NCBI RefSeq assembly: GCF_009914755.1
Contig: NC_060940.1
From: the human T2T-CHM13v2.0 reference genome, Homo sapiens
Reading direction: 5' to 3' (one strand)
DNA: 64,000 bases
Below the pieces are notes generated by a model that was not told the DNA's origin, searched no databases, and worked only from the letters and a program-made list of their open reading frames with translations. Positions 29,720 through 42,278 of this stretch are shown one piece after another (the first letter of the stretch is position 1; each line of letters starts with the position of its first letter). The translations under genes were made by a program, and so were the position numbers.

Positions 29720-30565
29720 TGATGATTCCATTCAATTCAAGTCAATGATGATTCCATTCGATTCCACTCGATGATTCCATTGGATTCCATTCGATGATGA
29801 TTCCATTCAAATCCATTCGATAATTCAATTCAAGTCCATTCGATGATGATTCCAATCGAATCCATTCAAAGATTCCATTCAATTCCATTCGATGATGATT
29901 CCCTTAGATTCCATTCGATGATTCCACTTGATTCCATTTACGATGATTCCATTCGATTCCATGTGATGAATCCATTCAATTCTATTCAATGATGTTTCCA
30001 TTTGATTCCATTGGACCATGAATGCCTTTGATTCCATTCAATGATTCCATTCGGTTCCATTTGATGATGATTCCGTTCGATTCCATTTCATTATTCCATT
30101 TGATTCCATTGGATGAGTCCATTCGATTACATTCGATGATTATTCCATTCGAGTGCATTAGATGATTGCATTCGAGTCCATTCGATGATTCCATTCGATT
30201 CCATTCGATGTTGATTCTGTTCAAATCCATTCGATGATTCCACTCGATTCCATTCGATGACTCCATTTGATCCCATTCGATGATTTCCTGTGATTCCCTT
30301 TGATGATCATTCTATTTGATTCAATTCGGTGATTTCATTTCATTCCATTCAGTGATGTTTCCATTCGACTGTATTCGATGATGATTCCATTCGACTCCAT
30401 TCGATTATGATTTCATTCAATTCCATTCAATAATGATTCCCTTCGAGTCCATTCGATGATTCCATTCGATTCCATTCAACGATGATTTGATTCGTTTCCA
30501 TTCGATGATTCCATTTGATTCCACTTGATGATGATTCCATTCGAGTCCATTTGATGATTCCATTC

Positions 30566-32396
30566 GAGTCTATTTATGTATTATATTCGTGTCCACTTCA
30601 TGATTCCATTCAATTCCATTTAATGTTGATTCCATTTGATTCCATTTGATGATTCAGTTCGATTCCTTGCAATGATTCCCTTCGATTCCTTTCTATGATG
30701 ATTCCATTCGATTCCATTCATTGATGATTTCATTCGACTCCATTCGATGATGATTCCTTTCGATTCCATTTGACGATGTTTCCATTCGAGTCCATTCGAT
30801 GATGATTCTATTCAATTCTTTTCTATTATGATTCCATTCGATTTCATTCAATGCTTCTATTTGATTCCATTCGATGATGATTCCATCTCTTTCCCTTCGA
30901 TGATTCCATTTGATTCCATTCAGTGATGATTCCATTTGATTCCATCTGATGATGATTTCACTTGATTCCTTTCAATGATGATTCAATTCAAGTCCATTCG
31001 ATGATTCCATTGGAGTCCAAACGATCATTCCGTTCGATTCCATTCAATGGTGATTCCATTCATGTCCATTCGATGAATCCATTCAATTCCATTCGATGAT
31101 GACTCCATTCGAGTACATTCGATGATTCCATTTGATTCCATTTGAAGATGATTCCATTCAATTCCATTCGAAGATGATTCCATTCAATTCCATTCGATGA
31201 TGATTCCGTATGAATCCATTCTCTGATTATTCCATTCGATTCCATTCATTGACGATTCCATTCAATTCCATTCAATGATGATTCTCTTCTATTCCATTCG
31301 ATGATTCCGGTCGATTCCATTCGATGATGATTCCATTAGATTCCATTCGATTGTTGCATTCGATTCCCTTCGATGATGATTCCTTTGAATTCCATTCGAT
31401 TATCATTCCGTATGAATCCATTTGATGATTATTCCATTGGATTCCTTTCGATGATGATTCCATTCGATTCCATTTGATGATGTTTCTCTTGTATTCCATT
31501 GGATAATTCCTTTCAGTTCCCTTCGATGATTATTCTTTCGAGTCAATTCGATGATTCTATTCCATTCCCTTCGATGATGATTCCATTTCACTCCATTTGA
31601 TGATTCCATTCGACTCAATTTGGTGATGATTCAATTCGATGACATTCGATGACTCCATTCAATTTCATTTGATGATGATTACATTCGAGTCCATTTGATG
31701 ATTGTATTCCTTTCCTTTTGATGATTATTCCATTCGTGTCTATTCAAAGGTTCCATTCTATTCCATTCAATGATGATTGCATTTGATTCCATTCAATGAT
31801 TATGGCTATCGATTCCACTCGTTGATTCCATTTGATTCCGTTCGATGATTATTCCGTTAGATTCCATTAGAAGATTCCATTCGATTTTATTCAATGATTC
31901 CAATGGATTCCATTCAATGATGATTCCATTCGACTCCATTCAGTGATTCCATTCGAGTCCATTTGATGATTCCATTCTTTTCCATTTGATGATGATTCCA
32001 TTAGGGTCCATTCAATGATTCCATTCGAGTCCATTCGTTAATGCCTTTCGAGTCCTTTTGATCACTACATTCGAGTCCATTCAATGATTCTATTTGATTC
32101 CATTCCATGATGATTCCATTCGAGTTCATTCGATGATTGCATTCGAGTCCATTTGATGATTCCATATGATTCCCTTCGACAATGATTCCATTCGTGTCCA
32201 TTTGATGATTCCATTCATTTCCTATCGATGAAGATTCCATTCAAGTGTATTCGATGATTCCATTCAAATCCATTCGATGATGATTCCATTCCAGTCCATT
32301 CGATCATTCCACTTGATTCCATTTGATGACTATTCCATTCAAATCCATTTGATGATTCCATTCGATTCCATTCGATGTTACCATTCGAGTATATAC
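30566..32396 (+). repeat. Alternative 1,831-bp HSat2 block (block B), copy 1
   Basis: Leaves the 6,112 unit after unit pos. 3141 (GAGTCTATTTATGTATTATATTCG...) and rejoins at unit pos. 862 after GAGTATATAC. Its landmarks (TCCAAACGATC, TATGGCTATC, TTAATGCCTTTCG, CCGTATGAATCC) are not seen in 1-18395. Confidence 0.88.
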
Positions 32397-35300
32397 GATG
32401 ATTCCACTCGATTCCATTTGATGATTATTCCATTGGAGTCCACTTAGTGAATCCTTTAGATTCTACTGGAAGATGATTCCATTCGAGTCCATTCGATGAT
32501 ACCATTCAATTCCATTCGTTGATGCTTCCATTCAAGTGCATTCGATGATATCATTCGATTCCATTTGATGATAATTCCATTTGATTCCATGCGATGATTC
32601 TATTCGATTCCATTCAATGATAATTCCATTCAATTCAGTGATTCCTCTGGACTCCATTTGATGATGATTCCATTCAATGATTCCATTCGATTCTATTCGA
32701 AAATGATTCCATTTGAATCCATTTGATGATGATTCCATTGGATTCCATTTGATGATTCCATTCGATTCCATTCGATGATGATTCCATTCGATTCCATTTG
32801 ATGATTCCATTCTATTGCATTCGATCATGATTCCATTCGATTCCATTCGATGATGATTGGATTCGATTCCATTTGATTCCATTCGATAATGATTTCGATC
32901 AATTCCATTCGATGATTCCATTCGATTCCATTCGATAATGATTACATCCGAGTCCATTCGATGATTCCATTTGAGCCCGTTCGATAATTCCATTTGAGTC
33001 CAATCAATGATTCCATTCATTTCCATTCAATGATTCCATTCGAGTCCATTTGATCATTCCGGTAGGGTCCGTTCGATGTTGATTCCATTGGAGTGCATTC
33101 GATGATTCCATTCGAGTCCATTTTAGGATTTGATTCGAGTCCTTTCGATGATTCCATTCGATTCCACTCGATGATGATTTCATTCGAGTCCATTCGACAC
33201 TTCCAATCGATTCCATTTGATGATTCCATTCGAGTCCAATTGATGATTCCATTCAATTCCATTCGATGATGATTCCGTACGATTCCATTCTGTGATGATT
33301 CCATGTGATTGCATTCAATGATGATTCCTTTCGATTGCATTCGATTATGATTCATTTCGTGTTCATTCTATGGTTCCACAGGTTTCCATTCGATGATGTT
33401 TCCATTCGTGTCCATTCCATTATTCCATTCTATTCCATTTGAAGATGATTCCATTCGATTCCATTCATTGGTGATTCCACTCAATTCCATTCAATGATTC
33501 CATTCCATTTCTTTCAACAATGATTCCATTAGTTTCTATTCGATGATCCACTTGATTCCATTTGACGATGATTCCATTCGTGTCCATTCGATGATTCCAT
33601 TTGATTCCATATGATGATGATTCCATTCGATTCCATACGATGATGATTCCATTCGAGTCCATTCAATGGTGATTCCATTCAATTCCATTCGATGATTCCT
33701 TTCGATTCCATTCAATGATGATGGCATTCGATTCCTTTCGATCATTCCCTTTGATTCCATTCAAAGGTGATTTCATTCAAGTCCATTCGATAATTGCATT
33801 CGATTCCATTCTATGATGATTCCATTCGAGTCCATTTGATGATTCCATTCAATTCAAGTCAATGATGATTCCATTCGATTCCACTCGATGATTCCATTGG
33901 ATTCCATTCGATGATGATTCCATTCAAATCCATTCGATAATTCAATTCAAGTCCATTCGATGATGATTCCAATCGAATCCATTCAAAGATTCCACTCAAT
34001 TCCATTCGATGATGATTCCCTTAGATTCCATTCGATGATTCCACTTGATTCCATTTACGATGATTCCATTCGATTCCGTGTGATGATTCCATTCAATTCT
34101 ATTCAATGATGTTTCCACTTGATTCCATTCGAACATGATTGCCTTTGATTCCATTCAATGATTCCATACGGTTCCATTTGATGATGATTCCATTCGAGTC
34201 CATTCGATGATTCCATTAGAGTACATTTAATGATTGCTTTGTTTTCAATTCGAAGATGATTACATTGGATTCCATTCTATGATACCATTCGATTCCATTC
34301 AATGATGATTCCACTCAAATCCATTGGATGATTCCATTCGTGTCCATTCGGTGATTTCATTAGATTCCATTCGAGGATGATTCCATTCGATTCCATTCGA
34401 TGATTCCATTCAATTCCATTAGATGATGATTCCATTCCAGTCCATATGATCATTCCATTTGATTTCATTCGATGATGATTCCATTCGATTCCATTCGATG
34501 ATTCCATTCAATTCCATTCTCCGATGATTTCTTTTGAGCCCATTCAATGCTTCCACTCGATTCCATATGATGATGACTCCATTTGATGAAATTCCATGAT
34601 GATTCCATTCGCTTGCATTCGATGATGATACCACTTGAGTCCGTTAGAAGATTCTATTCAATTACATTCCATGACGATTCTGTTCGAGTCCATTTGTTGA
34701 TTCCATTAGACTCCATTCGACGATGATTCCATTCGATGTTATTCGATGATGATTCCATTCAACTCCATTCGATGTTTCCATTCGAGTTCATTCTATTATT
34801 CCATTAGATTCCATTCGATGATGATTCCATTCGATTCCATTTGATGATTGCATTCTATTTCATTTGATGATGATTCCATTCGAGTCCATTCGATGATTCC
34901 ATTCGAGTCCATTTAATGAATCCATTGGTTTCAATTCTATGATGATTATATTGGATTCCATTCGTTGATGATTTCATTCGATTCCATTCAATGATGATTC
35001 CATTCAATTCCATTCAATGATTCCATTCAATTCCATACGATGATGATTCCATTTGATTTGATTCGACAGTGAGCCATTCGATTCAATTCCATGATGATTC
35101 TATTTGATTCAATTGGTTGACATTTCCATTCGATTCCATTCGATGATGATTCCATTTGATTCCATTCAAAGATGATTCCATTCTAGCCCATTCAATCATT
35201 CCATTCGATTCTATTCAATGATGATTCCATTCATGTCGATTTGGTGATTCCATTTGACTTCATTTGATGATGATTCCTTTCAAGTTCATTAGATGATTCC

Positions 35301-38148
35301 ATTCGATTCCATTTGATGATGATCCCATTCGAGTCCATTCAGTGATTCCACTCGTTTCCATTCCATGATGATTCCATTCCATTCCATTCAATGATTCCAT
35401 TCGATTCCGTTTGATGATGATTTCATTCGAGTCCATTTGATGATTCCATTTGATTCCATTCGATGATGATTACATTCGAGTCCATACGATGATTCCACTC
35501 AATTCCATATGATGATGATTCCATTCGATTCCATTCGATGATTCCATTCTATTCTATTCAACGGTGATTCCATTCGAGTACATTAGATGATTCCATTCGA
35601 TTCCATTCAATGATGATTCTATTTGTGTCCCTTAGATGGTTCCACATGATTCCATTTCATGATGATACTATTTGAGCCCATCCAATGATTCCCTTCGATT
35701 CCATTCGATGAGGATTCCATTCGATTCAATTCATTGGTGATTCTATTCAATTCAATTCTTTGATTCCATTCCATTCCATTCGACAATGATTCCATTCGAT
35801 TTCTTTCGATGATTCCACTCGATTCCACTTGACATTGATTCCCTTCGATTCCATTCAATGATTCCATTTGATTCCAGTGGATGATGATTGCCATCGATTC
35901 CATTCGATCACTCCATTCTATTCCATTTGATGATGATTACATTCGATTCCATTTGACGATTCCATCTGATTCTATTCGAGGATTCCATTTGATTCCATTC
36001 GATGATGATTCCATTCGAGTCCATTCGATGATTTCATTCGAGTACATCCAATGATTCCATTCGAGTCCATTTGATGATTCCATTTGATTCCATTTGATAA
36101 TGATTCTACTAGAGTCCATTCAATGACTCCATTGGAGTCCATTCAACAATTCCATTCGACTCCATTTGATGATTCCATTCGATTCCATTTGATGATTCCA
36201 TTCGAGTCCATTTAATCATTACAGTCGAGTCCATTTGGTGATTCCACCGGATTTCTTTTGATAATGATACCATTCAATTACATTTGATGATGATCCCATT
36301 CAATTTCATTTGATGGTGATTCCATTAGAGTCCATTCGATGATTTCATTCGAGTCCCTTCATTGATTCCATCTGATTTCATTGGATGATGACTCCATTCG
36401 AGTCCATTCGATGATTCCACTCGATTCCATTAGATGATTCCATTGGAGTCCATTTGATTGTTCCATTCGATTCCATTCGATTCCTTTCGAAGATTATTCC
36501 ATTTGAGTCCATTCGATGATGATTCCATTCCATTCCATTCGATGATTCCGTTTGATTCCATTCGATGATTCCCTTCGATTCCTTTCTTTGATGATTCCAT
36601 TCCATTCCATTCAATGATTCCATTCGAATCTATTCCATGATGATTCCTTTCGATTCCATTCGCTGATGTTTCCGTTCAATTCCATTCGATGATGATTCCA
36701 TTCGATTCCATTCATTGAGGATTCCATTTGATTCCATTCAATGATGATTCCGTTCTATTCCATTCAATGATTGCATTCAATTCCATTCAATGATTATCCC
36801 CTTAGAGTAAACTCAACGATTCCATTCAATACCATTCGATGATGATTCCTTTTGAGTCCATTCAATGATTTCATTCAAGTCCATTTGATGATTCCTTTCA
36901 ATTCCATTCTATGATGATTCCATTCGAGTCCATTCGATGATTCCATTCGATTGCATTCGATGATTCCATTATATTCCAGTCAACGATGATTCCATTCGAG
37001 TCCATTCGATGATTCCATTAGAGTACATTTAATGATTGCTTTGTTTTCAATTCGAAGATGATTACATTGGATTCCATTCTATGATACCATTCGATTCCAT
37101 TCAATGATGATTCCACTCAAATCCATTGGATGATTCCATTCGTGTCCATTCGGTGATTTCATTAGATTCCATTCGAGGATGATTCCATTCGATTCCATTC
37201 GATGATTCCATTCAATTCCATTCGATGATGATTCCATTCCAGTCCATATGATCATTCCATTTGATTTCATTCGATGATGATTCCATTCGATTCCATTCGA
37301 TGATTCCATTCTATTCCATTCGATGATGATTCCATTCGAGTCCATTCGATGATTCCATTCGAGTCCATTTAATGATTCCATTGGGTTCAATTCAATGATG
37401 ATTACATTGGATTCCGTTCTATGATTCCATTCAATTCCGTTCATTGACAATTTGATTCCATTCGATGATGATTCCATTTGAGTTCATTCGATGATTCTAT
37501 TCGATTCTCTTCGATGGTGATTCAATTCTATTATATTGGATGATTCCATTCGATTCCATTTGATGTTGATTCAATTCGATTCTATTCGATGATGATTCCA
37601 TTGGATTTCACTTGATGATTCTATTCGATTCCATTCAATGATGATTCACTTCTCGTCCATTGGATGATTCCATTTCATTCCATTCGATGATGATTCCATT
37701 CGATTCCATTCGATGATTCCATTTGATTCCATGCGACGGTGAGCAATTCGATTCAATTCCATGATGATTCTATTTGATTCAATTAGATGATGTTTCCATT
37801 CGAATCCATTCCATGATTATTCCATTGGAATCCATTTGGCGATGATTCCATATGAGTCAATTCAATGATGATTCCATATGGGTCCGTTCGATGATAATTC
37901 CATTTGATTTCATTCAATGCTTCTATTCTATTCCAGTCAATGATGATTCCGTTGGAGTCCATACGATGATTCCATTTGATTTCATTTGATGATGATTCCA
38001 TTCGATGATGATTACATTGGATTCCATTCTATGATTCCATTCAATTCCATTCGTTGATGATTCGATTCCATTCAATGATGATTCCATTTGAGTTCATTCG
38101 ATGATTCTATTCGATTCCGTTCGATGGTGATTCAATTCTATTATATTG
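32397..38148 (+). repeat. Variant unit of 5,752 bp (13-, 23- and 170-bp deletions plus an ectopic ~310-bp patch)
   Basis: Marker 32532->38284 = 5752 = 6112+16+3-13-23-170-173. Junctions read at ~32877, 34200, 34510, ~34748 and ~35467. Confidence 0.85.
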
Positions 38149-40447
38149 GATGATTCCACTCTATTCCTTTTGATGATTATTCCATTGGAGTCCACTTAGT
38201 GAATCCTTTAGATTCTACTCGAAGATGATTCCATTCGAGTCCATTCAATGATACCATTCAATTTCATTCGTTGATGCTTCCATTCAAGTGCATTCGATGA
38301 TATCATTCGATTCCATTTGATGATAATTCCATTTGATTCCATGCGATGATTCTATTCGATTCCATTCAATGATAATTCCATTCAATTCAGTGATTCCTCT
38401 GGACTCCATTTGATGATGATTCCATTCAATGATTCCATTCGATTCTATTCGAAAATGATTCCATTTGAATCCATTTGATGATGATTCCATTAGATTCCAT
38501 TTGATGATTCCATTCGATTCCATTTGACGATGATTCCATTCGATTCCATTTGATGATTCCATTCTATTCTATTCGATGATGATTCCATTCGATTCCATTT
38601 GATGATGATTGGATTCGATTCCATTTGATGATTTCATTTGATTCCATTCTTTAAAGATTTCGATCAATTCCATTCGATGATTCCATTTGATTCCATTCGA
38701 TAATGATTACATCCGAGTCCATTCGATGATTCCATTTGAGCCCGTTCGATAATTCCATTTGAGTCCAATCAATGATTCCATTCATTTCCATTCAATGATT
38801 CCATTCGAGTCCATTTGATCATTCTGGTAGGGTCCGTTCGATGTTGATTCCATTGGAGTGCATTCGATTATTCAATTCGAGTCCATTTTATGATTTGATT
38901 CGAGTCCTTTCGATGATTCCATTCGATTCCACTCGATGATGATTTCATTCGAGTCCATTCGACACTTCCAATCGATTCCATTTGATGTTTCCATTCGAGT
39001 CCAATTGATGATTCCATTCAATTCCATTCGATGATGATTCCGTACGATTCCATTCTGTGATGATTCCATGTGATTGCATTCAATGATGATTCCTTTCGAT
39101 TGCATTCGATTATGATTCATTTCGTGTTCATTCTATGGTTCCACAGGTTTCCATTCGATGACGTTTCCGTTTGTGTCCATTCCATTATTCCATTCTATTT
39201 CATTTGATGATGATTCCATTCGATTCCATTCATTGGTGATTCCACTCAATTCCATTCAATGATTCCATTCCATTTCTTTCAACAATGATTCCATTAGTTT
39301 CTATTCGACGATCCACTTGATTCCATTTGGCGATGATTCCATTCGTGTCCATTCGATGATTCCATTTGATTCCATATGAGGATGATTCCATTCGATTCCA
39401 TACCATGATGATTCCATTCGAGTCCATTCAATGGTGATTCCATTCAATTCCATTCGATGATTCCTTCCGATTCCATTCGATGATGATAGCATTCGATTCC
39501 TTTCAATCATTCCCTTTGATTCCATTCAAAGGTGATTTCATTCAAGTCCATTCGATAATTGCATTCGATTCCATTCTATGATGATTCCATTCGAGTCCAT
39601 TTGATGATTCCATTCAATTCAAGTCAATGATGATTCCATTCAATTCCACTCGATGATTCCATTGGATTCCATTCGATGATGATTCCATTCAAATCCATTC
39701 GATAATTCAATTCAAGTCCATTCGATGATGATTCCAATCGAATCCATTCAAAGATTCCATTCAATTCCATTCGATGATGATTCCCTTAGATTCCATTCGA
39801 TGATTCCACTTGATTCCATTTACGATGATTCCATTCGATTCCATGTGATGAATCCATTCAATTCTATTCAATGATGTTTCCATTTGATTCCATTGGACCA
39901 TGATTGCCTTTGATTCCATTCAATGATTCCATTCGGTTCCATTTGATGATGATTCCGTTCGATTCCATTTCATTATTCCATTTGATTCCATTGGATGAGT
40001 CCATTCGATTACATTCGATGATTATTCCATTCGAGTGCATTAGATGATTGCATTCGAGTCCATTCGATGATTCCATTCGATTCCATTCGATGTTGATTCT
40101 GTTCAAATCCATTCGATGATTCCACTCGATTCCATTCGATGACTCCATTTGATCCCATTCGATGATTTCCTGTGATTCCCTTTGATGATCATTCTATTTG
40201 ATTCAATTCGGTGATTTCATTTCATTCCATTCAGTGATGTTTCCATTCGACTGTATTCGATGATGATTCCATTCGACTCCATTCGATTATGATTTCATTC
40301 AATTCCATTCAATAATGATTCCCTTCGAGTCCATTCGATGATTCCATTCGATTCCATTCAACGATGATTTGATTCGTTTCCATTCGATGATTCCATTTGA
40401 TTCCACTTGATGATGATTCCATTCGAGTCCATTTGATGATTCCATTC

Positions 40448-42278
40448 GAGTCTATTTATGTATTATATTCGTGTCCACTTCATGATTCCATTCAATTCCA
40501 TTTAATGTTGATTCCATTTGATTCCATTTGATGATTCAGTTCGATTCCTTGCAATGATTCCCTACGATTCCTTTCTCTGATGATTCCATTCGATTCCATT
40601 CATTGATGATTTCATTCGACTCCATTCGATGATGATTCCTTTCGATTCCATTTGACGATGTTTCCATTCGAGTCCATTCGATGATGATTCTATTCAATTG
40701 TGTTCTATTATGATTCCATTCGATTTCATTCAATGCTTCTATTTGATTCCATTCGATGATGATTCCATCTCTTTCCCTTCGATGATTCCATTTGATTCCA
40801 TTCAGTGATGATTCCATTTGATTCCATCTGATGATGATTTCACTTGATTCCTTTCAATGATGATTCAATTCAAGTCCATTCGATGATTCCATTGGAGTCC
40901 AAACGATCATTCCGTTCGATTCCATTCAATGGTGATTCCATTCATGTCCATTCGATGAATCCATTCAATTCCATTCGATGATGACTCCATTCGAGTACAT
41001 TCGATGATTCCATTTGATTCCATTTGAAGATGATTCCATTCAATTCCATTCGAAGATGATTCCATTCAATTCCATTCGATGATGATTCCGTATGAATCCA
41101 TTCTCTGATTATTCCATTCGATTCCATTCATTGACGATTCCATTCAATTCCATTCAATGATGATTCTCTTCTATTCCATTCGATGATTCCGGTCGATTCC
41201 ATTCGATGATGATTCCATTAGATTCCATTCGATTGTTGCATTCGATTCCCTTCGATGATGATTCCTTTGAATTCCATTCGATTATCATTCCGTATGAATC
41301 CATTTGATGATTATTCCATTGGATTCCTTTCGATGATGATTCCATTCGATTCCATTTGATGATGTTTCTCTTGTATTCCATTGGATAATTCCTTTCAGTT
41401 CCCTTCGATGATTATTCTTTCGAGTCAATTCGATGATTCTATTCCATTCCCTTCGATGATGATTCCATTTCACTCCATTGGATGATTCCATTCGACTCAA
41501 TTTGGTGATGATTCAATTCGATGACATTCGATGACTCCATTCAATTTCATTTGATGATGATTACATTCGAGTCCATTTGATGATTGTATTCCTTTCCTTT
41601 TGATGATTATTCCATTCGTGTCTATTCAAAGGTTCCATTCTATTCCATTCAATGATGATTGCATTTGATTCCATTCAATGATTATGGCTATCGATTCCAC
41701 TCGTTGATTCCATTTGATTCCGTTCGATGATTATTCCGTTAGATTCCATTAGAAGATTCCATTCTATTTTATTCAATGATTCCAATGGATTCCATTCAAT
41801 GATGATTCCATTCGACTCCATTCAGTGATTCCATTCGAGTCCATTTGATGATTCCATTCTTTTCCATTTGATGATGATTCCATTAGGGTCCATTCAATGA
41901 TTCCATTCGAGTCCATTCGTTAATGCCTTTCGAGTCCTTTTGATCACTACATTCGAGTCCATTCAATGATTCTATTCGATTCCATTCCATGATGATTCCA
42001 TTCGAGTTCATTCGATGATTGCATTCGAGTCCATTTGATGATTCCATATGATTCCATTCGACAATGATTCCATTCGTGTCCATTTGATGATTCCATTCAT
42101 TTCCTATCGATGAAGATTCCATTCAAGTGTATTCGATGATTCCATTCAAATCCATTCGATGATGATTCCATTCCAGTCCATTCGATCATTCCACTTGATT
42201 CCATTTGATGACTATTCCATTCAAATCCATTTGATGATTCCATTCGATTCCATTCGATGTTACCATTCGAGTATATAC
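40448..42278 (+). repeat. Block B, copy 2
   Basis: Same landmarks and both junctions as copy 1 at offset +9882 (ORFs 31060/40942, 32001/41883). Confidence 0.88.

Noticed and set aside
30566-32396. Block B as a mobile element insertion
   Set aside because: It is entirely HSat2 sequence, with no terminal repeats, target-site duplication, poly(A) tail or coding capacity.
32532-33026. Longest ORF (164 aa; also 60447-60941)
   Set aside because: It is created only by the 13-bp satellite deletion fusing two spurious frames, has the same low-complexity content, and is absent from the sibling copy at 42.4 kb.
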